Assembly (NCBI GenBank): GCA_963675745.2
Contig: CAXXWX010000010.1
Coordinates: 96,001-160,000 of the forward strand
From: Phycisphaerae bacterium
GTDB taxonomy: Bacteria; Planctomycetota; Phycisphaerae; UBA1845; Fen-1342
DNA: 64,000 nt
Reading direction: 5' to 3'
Shown: positions 50,173 to 59,127 of the stretch, in pieces
Layout of the letters: each line of letters opens with the position of its first letter
Numbering within the stretch: the first letter of the stretch is position 1
Notes under the pieces: model-generated
What the model was told of the DNA's origin: nothing
The model's input: only the letters and a program-made list of their open reading frames with translations
The model's database searches: none
Translations under genes and position numbers: made by a program

Positions 50173-51291
50173 TTACGGCTCGGTCGCGTAGTCGTGGCTG
50201 TCGGTGGCGTCGGTGAACGGTGTGGCCACGCGCACATCCGCGTCCTGGGTCCACGACATTATCCCGAACTTCAGGTTGGTCGCGTTGTAGCCGAGCATGT
50301 TCAGCGCGGTGGTCGCCAGGCCGCCGGTGTGACCGGTGTAGCAGTAGACGACGATCGGCTGATCCGCGGGGATCTTCTGGAGGTTTTCAACCAGGGCGAT
50401 CGTCTTCCACGGAATGTTGATCGCGCCCGGAATGTGGCCCAGCGCGTAATGCTCGGCCGAACGCACGCTGATGATGAACGGATCGTTAGTGGCGTCGCCA
50501 TCATTCAACAGGGCGAACAGATCGGCGGCCGTGGTCGTGGGCGGCGTGCCCGCATCCAGGTACGCCTTGCCGGCGGCCCGGACAATCTCCATGTCGTCGG
50601 TCGAGGTGGAGACATCCAGCGTCGGCAGATCGTTTGTCGCCGAGCCCGGGTTGTCCGTGGTCTCGACGTCGTAGTCGTGCGAGTCGACAGTGTCGTCGAA
50701 CGCCGCGGCAACGCGGATATCCGTGTCGCGCGTCCAGGCGCCCATGCCGAACTTCATGTTGACAGCGTCATAGCCCAGCGCGCCCAGGAAGCATGTCGCG
50801 ACGGCGCCCGTATGCCCGGTGTAGCAATACACCACCACTTGCCGGTCGGTCGGCACATCGGCGAGAACGCCTTCATCCGCGACCGTGCGCCAGGGAATGT
50901 TCACCGCGCCCGGCACGTGCCCCAATGCATAATGCTCGGCCGACCGAACGCTGATCACGTACGGCCTGTTCAACTCGTTGGCGTCATTCAACGTCTCAAA
51001 GACCGTCTGTGCCGCGATCGCCCCTGCCGGATCGCCGGCAAAATACGTCGCCAGCGCCGTGCGCACGACCTCAAACTGGTCGATGGTCGTGGTGTTCGGA
51101 TCGACCGTATTCGGATCGACCGTGTTCGGGTCAACCGTGTTCGGATCGACCGTGTTCGGGTCAACCGTATTCGGATCAACCGTATTCGGATCGACGTTGT
51201 TTGGATCGTCCACCGGCACCGTTGGGCAGCCACCCAACATGCACAGGCCGATGCCTGTGAGGATCAGCAGCGTTAGATAGTTCTTCTTCAT
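50173..51291 (-). CDS. Tandem rhodanese-domain lipoprotein
   Basis: Lipobox LGGC, (DPNTV)n linker, and two domains each with SVRS.EHY..GH.PGA.NIPW and an active-site loop CYTGHTG. Confidence 0.9.
   Translation of the reverse strand: MKKNYLTLLILTGIGLCMLGGCPTVPVDDPNNVDPNTVDPNTVDPNTVDPNTVDPNTVDPNTVDPNTTTIDQFEVVRTALATYFAGDPAGAIAAQTVFETLNDANELNRPYVISVRSAEHYALGHVPGAVNIPWRTVADEGVLADVPTDRQVVVYCYTGHTGAVATCFLGALGYDAVNMKFGMGAWTRDTDIRVAAAFDDTVDSHDYDVETTDNPGSATNDLPTLDVSTSTDDMEIVRAAGKAYLDAGTPPTTTAADLFALLNDGDATNDPFIISVRSAEHYALGHIPGAINIPWKTIALVENLQKIPADQPIVVYCYTGHTGGLATTALNMLGYNATNLKFGIMSWTQDADVRVATPFTDATDSHDYATEP
51088..51208 (-). repeat. 15-bp coding tandem repeat (DPNTV, about 8 units)
   Basis: Repeated (T/G)TTCGG(A/G)TC(G/A)ACCGT-type units. 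Confidence 0.9.
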
Positions 51292-51341
51292 AGTGAGTCT
51301 CCATGATCTCGTGAGTAGCAATCCCAAATGACCAAAGCCAC

Positions 51342-52775
51342 CTAGTTCATCTCCGGCGGCTCATTGACGACAACAGATTCGTTGGCGGTAATCTCCGCCT
51401 CGACCATCAGTCCTTCGTCCACCAGCTCGGCCAGGTATGCCGAGGTCAGGAACAGATCCAAATCGCCGTGGCACTCGGCGCATGATGCCGTCTGCGGCGT
51501 GCTGCGCTGAATGTTGTGCGGCGTCGCCGGCCGCCAAGTGGGCTGGTCGGCGAAGTTCGCCAAATCGATGTCCCAGTCCTCAAACGTATCGGGCGCAATT
51601 GGAATGTGCCGCAGCAGGACATACGTGTACGGTTGTGTGGCCGTCACGTTTGGATTGCGGCCAATGCGGAAGTCCATCTCCGACGGCAGTTGCAGGCCCT
51701 GCGTTTCCAGCTCCACGTGGCACTGATAGCAGTTCTTGTATGACATCGAGTGGCAGACCTGGCAGGCCACCGTTCCGGCGTGGCTGCTGTGGTATATCGA
51801 GCTCGACGTTGTCGACGCGGCGTCTGCGTGGCAATCCGGGCACTTCGGGCCGGCATCATTCGCATAGCGGTGGGCCGGCGTGGTGCCGTCGCCGTGCAGC
51901 TCGATGTCGTCGTGGCAAGCCATGCAGTTCATGCCGCTGCGCCAGTGGACGTCTTCAGCGATACCGGCGTTCTTTCCGAGGAACTCGTCACCGACGCGAC
52001 TGCCGTGACAGGACGTGCAGTTGTCGGTGAGCGACGGCGTTTTGTAAAAAGTGTGCCCGCGCGTCAGACCGCCGCGCACGGAACTTGGCCGGCTGATATG
52101 GCATTGGCCGCAAGTGCCGTGGCAGCTCTCGCAGCGCGCGGCAAACATCGCCGCGTACTGGGCGTCGTCGGCACCGGCGTCGCTACGGTTGGCGAACGCG
52201 GTGAAGTAGCCCATCTGTGTCGCGTGCAGACTGTTCTGCACCTTAGCCGCAATCTCGGCGTGGCAGCCTTTGCAGGCCGGCGCGTCGCCGGCCGAAGGGT
52301 CAATCACCATGCCGACGTGGGCCGCGGCCTTTTCGTTCACCCCCTCCGCGCCTCCGTGGCACGTGCGGCAGCCGATCGCGCCGTGAGTGGTGCTGGCAAA
52401 GCCACTGGCAATCAGAACACGCTCCCATACCTCCAACTGAGGTACAGAGCCACCTCACCCCTCGCCCGTGTCTTCGACCTGTGCCTCCTCCTCGCGAGCG
52501 ACGGCCTTCAGCAACGTCTCATCGGTGTGACAGCCGATGCAGTCGCGCGCCAATGACGTCGGGTCGCCAGGCTGGTTGGGATCAGCCGGTGTATTGGGGT
52601 CAGCCGGCGTATTGGGGTCCGTTGGCGTGTTGGGGTCGTTTGGATCGCCGGGCGTGGTTGGTGTCGTCGGAGGGCAGCCGACGATCAGCAGCGTCAGCAT
52701 CAGCAGCGCCAGCATCGGCGGCGCGCCGGCACGTGGACAGCGTCGTAGCGGATAGGGTGGTTTCGGCGGGTGCAT
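51342..52775 (-). CDS. Predicted selenocysteine-containing 11-heme c-type cytochrome lipoprotein (Sec at codon 107, UGA 52457-52455)
   Basis: GGAGG RBS, lipobox IVGC, one CxxCH, then in-frame GEG-UGA-GGSVPQLEVWERV and ten more CxxCH; SECIS-like hairpin directly after the UGA. Confidence 0.82.
52421..52450 (-). promoter_or_regulatory. Bacterial SECIS-like hairpin
   Basis: mRNA GCUCUGUACCUC-AGUUG-GAGGUAU(G)GGAGC: 12-bp stem with one bulge, 16 nt between UGA and loop, G then U at loop positions 2-3. Confidence 0.78.
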
Positions 52776-53118
52776 CGTGAACCTCCAAGGACGGAACGCA
52801 CAGAGATCGGTCATTACCGGTTCAGCGACAGATGACGGTACAGGAATGTAGACCGTCGGCGCCATTCTAGCGAGCGAAACGACAGCGACAAGGTTAGAAA
52901 CGGGAGCGGATGGAGGCCGGGAATCAGCAGCGAGAAATCGAACGTCGCCGTGCGCGCCATGGGGCGTGCGGATCGTCGTTTCCATCGGCAAACGTGTCTT
53001 CTAATCAGTATCATGAGTGTACGATATCGACGCTCGAATCAGCACCGCAAGCGACCGGCATGCTGCCACCCAACGCCGCATGCTTTCGTGCAGGACGCTC
53101 CGCCAGTATCCTCTCAAC

Positions 53119-53973
53119 ATGCAAAACACCGCCCGCCTGCTGATTGCCTGTCCCGACGGTCCGGGGATTGTCGCGGCCGTCGCCGGTTTCATCGCCGAGC
53201 ACGGCGGAAACCTGCTCGATGCCGACCAGCACACCGACAAGGACCACGGTGAGTTCTTCATGCGCTGCGCGATCGAACGCGAGGGCTTTCACCTCAACGT
53301 GGACACGTTTGACGATGCGTGGCGGCCACTCGCCGATCGATTCCGCATGAACTGGACGATTCACTGGGGCACGTCACGTAAGCGCATGGCGATCCTGGTC
53401 GGCAAGCAGGGGCACTGCCTGTCGGACTTGCTGTGGCGCTGGAAATCCGGCGAGATTGAAATCGACATCCCCCTCGTCATCAGCAATCACCCGGACCTTG
53501 GTGATGTCGTTCATGACGCCCGCGTGAACTTCGCCGTCTGCCCCGTGACGCCCGAAACGAAGGCGCAACAGGAGCGCAAGCTGATCGAGCTGCTGCACGA
53601 CGCGCGCGTGGACTTCGTGGTTCTGGCGCGTTACATGCAGATCATCTCGCCGGCTTTCATTGCCGAGTTCCCCAACCGGATCATCAATATCCACCACAGC
53701 TTTCTGCCGGCTTTTGCGGGGGGCATGCCTTATAAGCAGGCTTACGACCGCGGCGTGAAGATGATCGGCGCGACCAGTCACTACGTCACGGATGAGCTCG
53801 ATGCCGGCCCGATCATCGCCCAGGAGGCCGCACCGACCAGCCACCGCGATACGGTGCGCGACCTGATCCGCAAGGGGCGTGACCTGGAGCGCGTCGTCCT
53901 GGCGCGCGCCGTGCGCCTTCATGTGGGTGACAAGATCCTCGTCAGTCAGAACAAGACCGTCGTCTTCGAATAG
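53119..53973 (+). CDS. purU: Formyltetrahydrofolate deformylase
   Basis: ACT domain (CPDGPGIVA), HCL.DLL.R, VLARYMQI, INIHHSFLPAF, GVK.IGATSHYVT. Confidence 0.96.
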   Translation: MQNTARLLIACPDGPGIVAAVAGFIAEHGGNLLDADQHTDKDHGEFFMRCAIEREGFHLNVDTFDDAWRPLADRFRMNWTIHWGTSRKRMAILVGKQGHCLSDLLWRWKSGEIEIDIPLVISNHPDLGDVVHDARVNFAVCPVTPETKAQQERKLIELLHDARVDFVVLARYMQIISPAFIAEFPNRIINIHHSFLPAFAGGMPYKQAYDRGVKMIGATSHYVTDELDAGPIIAQEAAPTSHRDTVRDLIRKGRDLERVVLARAVRLHVGDKILVSQNKTVVFE

Positions 53974-54010
53974 CGCGCCGCAGCGTGCGGCCGCGCAAGC
54001 GAGGTGAACA

Positions 54011-54622
54011 ATGGGCCTGCTCCGCGGCGTCTTTGGTCCCAGCCGGGATGAAATCTGGCGGCAGCTTGCCGATCAGGTCGGTGGGCAGTTTGTCGAGGGT
54101 GGATTCCTCGGCAACAGCAAGGTGACCGCCAGCGTTGGCGAGTGGATCATCACGCTCGATACGTACACCGTTTCCACGGGCCAGGTGACGGTGACCTACA
54201 CGCGCATGCGGGCGCCATATGTCAACGCCGACGGCTTCCGCTTTCAGATATCCCGCGCCGGCTTTTTTACCGGGCTCGGTAAGCTGCTCGGCATGCAGGA
54301 TATCGAAGTCGGCCATCTCGACTTCGATCAGGCATTCGTCATCAAGGGCAACGATGAGGCGAAGGTGCGCCGGCTCTTCGCCAATCGCCGCATCCGTCAC
54401 TTGCTGCGCGAACAGCCCGCCGTGAGCCTCACCGTGAAAAACGATGAAGGTTGGTTCGGCAAGCGTTTTCCAGAGGGCGTCGACGAATTGCACTTTCAAA
54501 GAAGCGGCGTGGTCAAAGACCTTGATCAATTGCACGGGCTATTCGAGCTCTTCGCCGAAGTGCTCAACCATCTCTGCCACATCGGCTCCGCGTACGAGGA
54601 TGACCCGCAGATCGAGCTGTAG
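54011..54622 (+). CDS. Conserved hypothetical protein (DUF3137-like)
   Basis: GAGGT RBS, coding-like codon usage, FGPS..EIW.QL and GMQDIEVG..FD..F motifs. Confidence 0.65.
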   Translation: MGLLRGVFGPSRDEIWRQLADQVGGQFVEGGFLGNSKVTASVGEWIITLDTYTVSTGQVTVTYTRMRAPYVNADGFRFQISRAGFFTGLGKLLGMQDIEVGHLDFDQAFVIKGNDEAKVRRLFANRRIRHLLREQPAVSLTVKNDEGWFGKRFPEGVDELHFQRSGVVKDLDQLHGLFELFAEVLNHLCHIGSAYEDDPQIEL

Positions 54623-54704
54623 CTGGCAGCGCGCGACGAGGGATTCCACGTGCGTCTGCACGTCGAATCCCTCGTCGCGTTTCAACCTCTATGCCCTGTC
54701 GCGC

Positions 54705-56099
54705 TTAATCCTCGTCAGGAATCGTCTCGGCCCGCAGGTCGCCGTAGATCACCCGCACGTGCTTGGCGTCGAGGTGCCAGGTCAGCAACACTTCGTCAGC
54801 GTCGCCCGGCAGGACGTAGTCACCGTTGTACTCCGGTTCGAGGCCGTCGCGCACCAGTTGACCGAAGAAGACGCAGCCCTGCGTGATGCCCATGACCGAC
54901 TGGGCCAGCCCGCCGGCAAACGGATTCTGCGGATCGATCTCCATCTGCTCCGACGTCGCCAGCTTGATCGAGAACTGGGCGCCGACTTGCGTCGGGTCGA
55001 GCGCGGCGGGGTAGCTGCCCACCACCTCGGCGAACTCACGCAGCCCGTCGATCAGCGTCTGCTCGGTCGGCGGCGGTACGACCATGTCCACCTGCCGCGC
55101 ATCTTCGGGGATGTCTGGATCAAACAGCGCCGCGTCGAGTCTCACGTCCCACTCGAACCGATCCTGCACGACCAGTATGTGCATATGGCCCACGCCGAAC
55201 GTGTGCGTGACCAGCTCGACCTCGATACGGGCGGGCAGGCGCGTGTCAATGTCTACCCAGATGCGCATCGCGGCCCGCGGCGTGTCATCTTCGCCCGCCG
55301 GTGGCGGCGCCAGCACGAGGCCGAGCTTCTCGGCGCCGAGTTCGAAGCCCTCCACTTCGCGCCCGTCGATCACATCGCGACCCAGGCGCCGATCGGCATC
55401 ACCCGTCAGCTCGCACAGACGCCGGATATACTCATCGGGCGAGTTTGTATCACCATCGGGGCTGGAGTTCTCCATGCCCTCCACGCGCATTACGGTGTTG
55501 AACTGTGGCATGTAGATCAGCGCCGGCCCTGAGGGGCTGCGCCAGATCGTCTGCTGCTGGCCCGGCAGACTTTCCATGTCGATACGCGAACCGAACGTGT
55601 CCGACATGCGAATAGTGCCGGTCGTCATGGGTTCGTCGGCATCGTTCATGTATGTTTCAATCTGGCAGACGATCGTCTGTGCCGCGCGCATGCGCTCGAT
55701 GACGGCGGCCAGGGCGATATTGTCGCCGGGCATCAGGAAGAAGAGCACGCCGGCGAGGATGCAGGCCGCCGGTACGATCACCGCCGCAATGCGCCTGGTG
55801 GCAGTCGTGTTCAGACTCATGGCTAGTTCTCCACAGCGACGCCACACCCGCAGAACCGGTCCGCCTCTCGCGGGGGGATCCGCAGGCAACGCCGCCATCA
55901 GTTGCTCGCGCAAATCATCGTGGTCGCGGTCAAAGGTCTCATACATGCGCACACGCTCGGCATGTGCGCGGCGAGCCGCGAGAAACTGTGCGCGGCAGTT
56001 TTCGTCGGTGCGCGCCAATTCGAGCAGCCGCTCCGCCGCGGCGTCTTCAAGCGCTCCCATGACCAGGAGATCCCAATCTTCGGCGCCGGGCGTCTTCAT
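54705..56099 (-). CDS. Putative anti-sigma factor (one TM segment, LolA-like periplasmic region)
   Basis: Overlaps the ECF sigma stop; single TM; RIWVD..T.LP.RIE...F.WD..LD..LF.P.IP pattern. Confidence 0.65.
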   Translation of the reverse strand: MKTPGAEDWDLLVMGALEDAAAERLLELARTDENCRAQFLAARRAHAERVRMYETFDRDHDDLREQLMAALPADPPARGGPVLRVWRRCGELAMSLNTTATRRIAAVIVPAACILAGVLFFLMPGDNIALAAVIERMRAAQTIVCQIETYMNDADEPMTTGTIRMSDTFGSRIDMESLPGQQQTIWRSPSGPALIYMPQFNTVMRVEGMENSSPDGDTNSPDEYIRRLCELTGDADRRLGRDVIDGREVEGFELGAEKLGLVLAPPPAGEDDTPRAAMRIWVDIDTRLPARIEVELVTHTFGVGHMHILVVQDRFEWDVRLDAALFDPDIPEDARQVDMVVPPPTEQTLIDGLREFAEVVGSYPAALDPTQVGAQFSIKLATSEQMEIDPQNPFAGGLAQSVMGITQGCVFFGQLVRDGLEPEYNGDYVLPGDADEVLLTWHLDAKHVRVIYGDLRAETIPDED

Positions 56100-56671
56100 A
56101 GCCGCACCTCCTGCACACACATCAGTCTCCGCAGCCGCTTCACCGCGGACGACAGCACGCGATAAAATCCCGATCTTGACAGGCCCAGCACCACGCGGGC
56201 CTCTTCGACGTTACAACCCTGTAGGTAGAAAGCATGCAGGGCCACGCGCTCGCGCGACGAAAGCGTGTCCCCGGCGCTGTTTCCCCGCTCGTTGGGGACG
56301 GCGATGATCTCTCTCAGCGCAACGAGGCGTGGATCAGGGGGCTCCTGTCGGGTTGTCCACCGATCCTGCCGTGCGGCCAGGGTCGCCGCACGCCGCTCGT
56401 CGCGCAAGTGTCGCCGTCGCCATTCCCGGCACACCTGGCGGGTAATCCCCGTCAGCCATGCCGCGAATCGATCCGGGTCTTTCAGTTTTCCCAGGTTTCG
56501 AAATGCGCGCAGGAACGACTCCTGGGTGAGATCGGCGGCGGTGTGAAGGTCGCGACACGCGTCGTAGCAGACCGCGCGGATCAGGCGTGCACGGCGGTCG
56601 TACAGCTCGGCAAAAGCCGACCTGTCGCCGTTGAGCACGCCCAGCACGAGTGTTCCATCCGTCGGACCCAC
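56096..56671 (-). CDS. ECF RNA polymerase sigma factor
   Basis: GD..AF.ELYDR, A.DLTQESFLRAF..L..L....F.AWL, and a region 4 HTH. Confidence 0.9.
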   Translation of the reverse strand: MGPTDGTLVLGVLNGDRSAFAELYDRRARLIRAVCYDACRDLHTAADLTQESFLRAFRNLGKLKDPDRFAAWLTGITRQVCREWRRRHLRDERRAATLAARQDRWTTRQEPPDPRLVALREIIAVPNERGNSAGDTLSSRERVALHAFYLQGCNVEEARVVLGLSRSGFYRVLSSAVKRLRRLMCVQEVRL

Positions 56672-56869
56672 GATACGTCCTCCAACCGCTGATCACCGGT
56701 CATATTACCAGTGGCCGGTCACGACGAATCGTCCAGCGAAAAATCGGAATTTCCCCCCTCGGAGCATCGACCCAGATGGAGGCAACCCGCCCGCTCGCGC
56801 AACAAAACGGGGATCGTCCCCGGCCACCTGCCGAAGACGATCCCCTGAAAGCTCAAATCAAATGTGCTG

Positions 56870-57196
56870 TTACTTGGCTGCCTTTTTGGCGGCAGCCGGT
56901 TCGGCGTCAGGCTCCGGCTGGCTCTTCAGCCGGATTGCCCGCCGTATGCCGGTCGCACTGCTGTCACCATCCTTGCGTTTAGGCATCGTGACGATGCGAG
57001 GTTGCCCGATAAGATCGTCCTTGCCGCGTGGGTCGGCAAGCCAATCCAGCACGCTGTCCTCAAGGCTCTTGGTGACCGGGATCTTGAACTTCTTGCCGCA
57101 CGATTTACACCGCGCAGACCGTCCCTGAGCTTCTTGTGGCAAGCGGTACTTGGCCCCGCAATGCGTGCAGGCACACTTGATGTATTCGCTCATCAA
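56870..57196 (-). CDS. Small zinc-ribbon protein
   Basis: CTHCGAKYRL...CKSCGKKF. Confidence 0.75.
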   Translation of the reverse strand: MMSEYIKCACTHCGAKYRLPQEAQGRSARCKSCGKKFKIPVTKSLEDSVLDWLADPRGKDDLIGQPRIVTMPKRKDGDSSATGIRRAIRLKSQPEPDAEPAAAKKAAK

Positions 57197-57483
57197 CTCA
57201 CCTCACTCGCCAGATTTCGGCTGGACCCGGGCGCAAAACCTGCTCCCGCGGAGCCGAAACCGCTCCAAAACACCGTTTTCACCAATTGTCGGCTGAGGAC
57301 AAACGGTATGAGCGAGATGAGTGCCGTCAAGACCGTTATGATATTATGCGGATAGGTGTTCAGCCTTACACCTTCCAGTACATAGACTATCGTCCGTCAG
57401 ACACTATTTCAAGAGCCTTTCGCGATCGCCAGATGACGGATATTCGTCACCGGAGGCGCGCGATTTGCGCTCAACTCGGCAGG

Positions 57484-59127
57484 TCACGGACGGAACCACT
57501 CGTGGCACGCGGCGCACCGCGGGTAGTCGGCCAGGTCGAGGCTCCGCTGCGCCGCCCGCAAGTCGCCGAGCGCCGCTGCCGACCAGACGCTCTTCAGATC
57601 CTGTGTGTGCCAGTTGCCCACGGGGTGGTCGCCGGTGACGTCCTGGTCGCACGCGGGCACGGTTCCGTCCGCGAGCAGCACCAGGCGCCGATCCAGCCGT
57701 CGGCATGCCTCGCGCACGGGGGGGGTTGTTTCCATCAGGTCGTCGGGAGGCAGCGCCCCGCCATGCACGCTGTAGCCCTCGATCAGCGCCCAGCCGCCTG
57801 CGGGGATCCAGTGGTCGTAGAAACCCTCCATCTCGGCCAGCGTTGCGGCGCAGCGCGTCAGCGAGCAAGCGACAAGTGGCCGCGGCTTGCTCTGTTCGGT
57901 TCGGGCGCGCAGCAGGCGGTTGACGTTGGCCGTCACCTGGTCGTAGGTATCCCGGCCGTGTACACGCATATAGCCCTTGCGGCTGTGTGCATCCATCCGG
58001 ACCTGCACCAGATCAACCGGCACGCTGAACAGGCTCTCGAACTGCGTATCCGTCAGCTCGACCAGCGATGTTCTGACCGCGAGCCCCAGCACGCCGGCGT
58101 CACGAATGATGCGGCAAACCTCCGCAAACCGTGGGTGCAGCAGTGGGTCACCGTGCCCGCCCAACACCACCAGGCGGTCATCATACTCGGCTAACTCGCC
58201 CGCGAGCTGAGCAATGCGATCCACGTCGGTGAGCTGTCGCGGCGGAACACGCGTGCCGCGCGGCCTGACGACGGTGTCCGGCAGTGGATCATCGGTGGTC
58301 AGCTCGAGCTCGATTTCGAGCGGCAGTGGGCCGGCCACGCCTTGCTCGTGTCCGCCCAGCCATTCGCACAGAGCGACGGCGTCCGCATCTTCACCCAGAG
58401 CGTCAAAGGCCGCCGTAATCAGCTCGCGCGAACGCCGCGTATCGCCGGTCAGCCGCGCGGCGGTCTGTGAGAGCGCATTGGCAACCTGAAAGCAGGGGGG
58501 GCGGTTGAGCGGATCGCTCTGCGGAATCTCCGGCCGATAGGTGAGGCTGATACCCAACGGCAGGTTCTGTTCAATGAGCTCCTGGAGTTTGGCGCGTGTG
58601 AGGATCACGCCCGCCGTTCCCGGCGGCGCCTGCGAAAACGTGTAGGACGCCTCGGATTCGCGTTCTACATGCTGCTGTACCATCTGTGTGGCCAGTTGTG
58701 GGTCGAGCGTGGGCTGGTGACCATCAAGGCACAGGACCGCTTCGCAGCCGTAGTGTTCGGCCACGTGCGCCACCAGCGGCGGATCCACGAACTCATCAAA
58801 CCAGGTGGTCCCGAGAGGGCTTCCGCGCCAGGCGTGAATGTTCCAGATACGTCCGGCACTCAACAGCTCGCGCCGCGGGTTGGGACGCGCGTTCAAGGCG
58901 AGCACTTCGATCCGCTCGCGCAAGCCGCAACCATCAACCGCGGCCGTTGCGGCCGGCACATCGCGCTCGCTTACGACCACGGCGCACTTGTGCAACCCCT
59001 CGACGCGCGCCAAGCGCGCAAGCGTGTGCTCAAGGACGGTGCGCGTACCGAGCGGCGTCGTAAGTTGCGCGCGGCCGCCCAGAAATGTGCGTTCGAAATC
59101 GGCAAAGACGGCGGCACAGATCTTCAT
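57484..59127 (-). CDS. Spiro-SPASM-like protein (cytidylyltransferase-like, degenerate radical SAM and SPASM domains)
   Basis: N-terminal NTP-transferase-like region; ELTTDDPLPD in place of CxxxCxxC; GHGDPLLHP; C-terminal C...ADG.VPACDQD...CAAC. Confidence 0.7.
   Translation of the reverse strand: MKICAAVFADFERTFLGGRAQLTTPLGTRTVLEHTLARLARVEGLHKCAVVVSERDVPAATAAVDGCGLRERIEVLALNARPNPRRELLSAGRIWNIHAWRGSPLGTTWFDEFVDPPLVAHVAEHYGCEAVLCLDGHQPTLDPQLATQMVQQHVERESEASYTFSQAPPGTAGVILTRAKLQELIEQNLPLGISLTYRPEIPQSDPLNRPPCFQVANALSQTAARLTGDTRRSRELITAAFDALGEDADAVALCEWLGGHEQGVAGPLPLEIELELTTDDPLPDTVVRPRGTRVPPRQLTDVDRIAQLAGELAEYDDRLVVLGGHGDPLLHPRFAEVCRIIRDAGVLGLAVRTSLVELTDTQFESLFSVPVDLVQVRMDAHSRKGYMRVHGRDTYDQVTANVNRLLRARTEQSKPRPLVACSLTRCAATLAEMEGFYDHWIPAGGWALIEGYSVHGGALPPDDLMETTPPVREACRRLDRRLVLLADGTVPACDQDVTGDHPVGNWHTQDLKSVWSAAALGDLRAAQRSLDLADYPRCAACHEWFRP

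Noticed and set aside
51088..51208. Possible CRISPR or non-coding repeat
   Set aside because: The 15-bp unit encodes DPNTV in frame, with synonymous variation.
51342..52436. Stand-alone decaheme cytochrome starting at TTG 52436
   Set aside because: It has no signal peptide or RBS, the start is inside the hairpin, and it is in frame with the upstream lipoprotein ORF; UGA readthrough explains it better.
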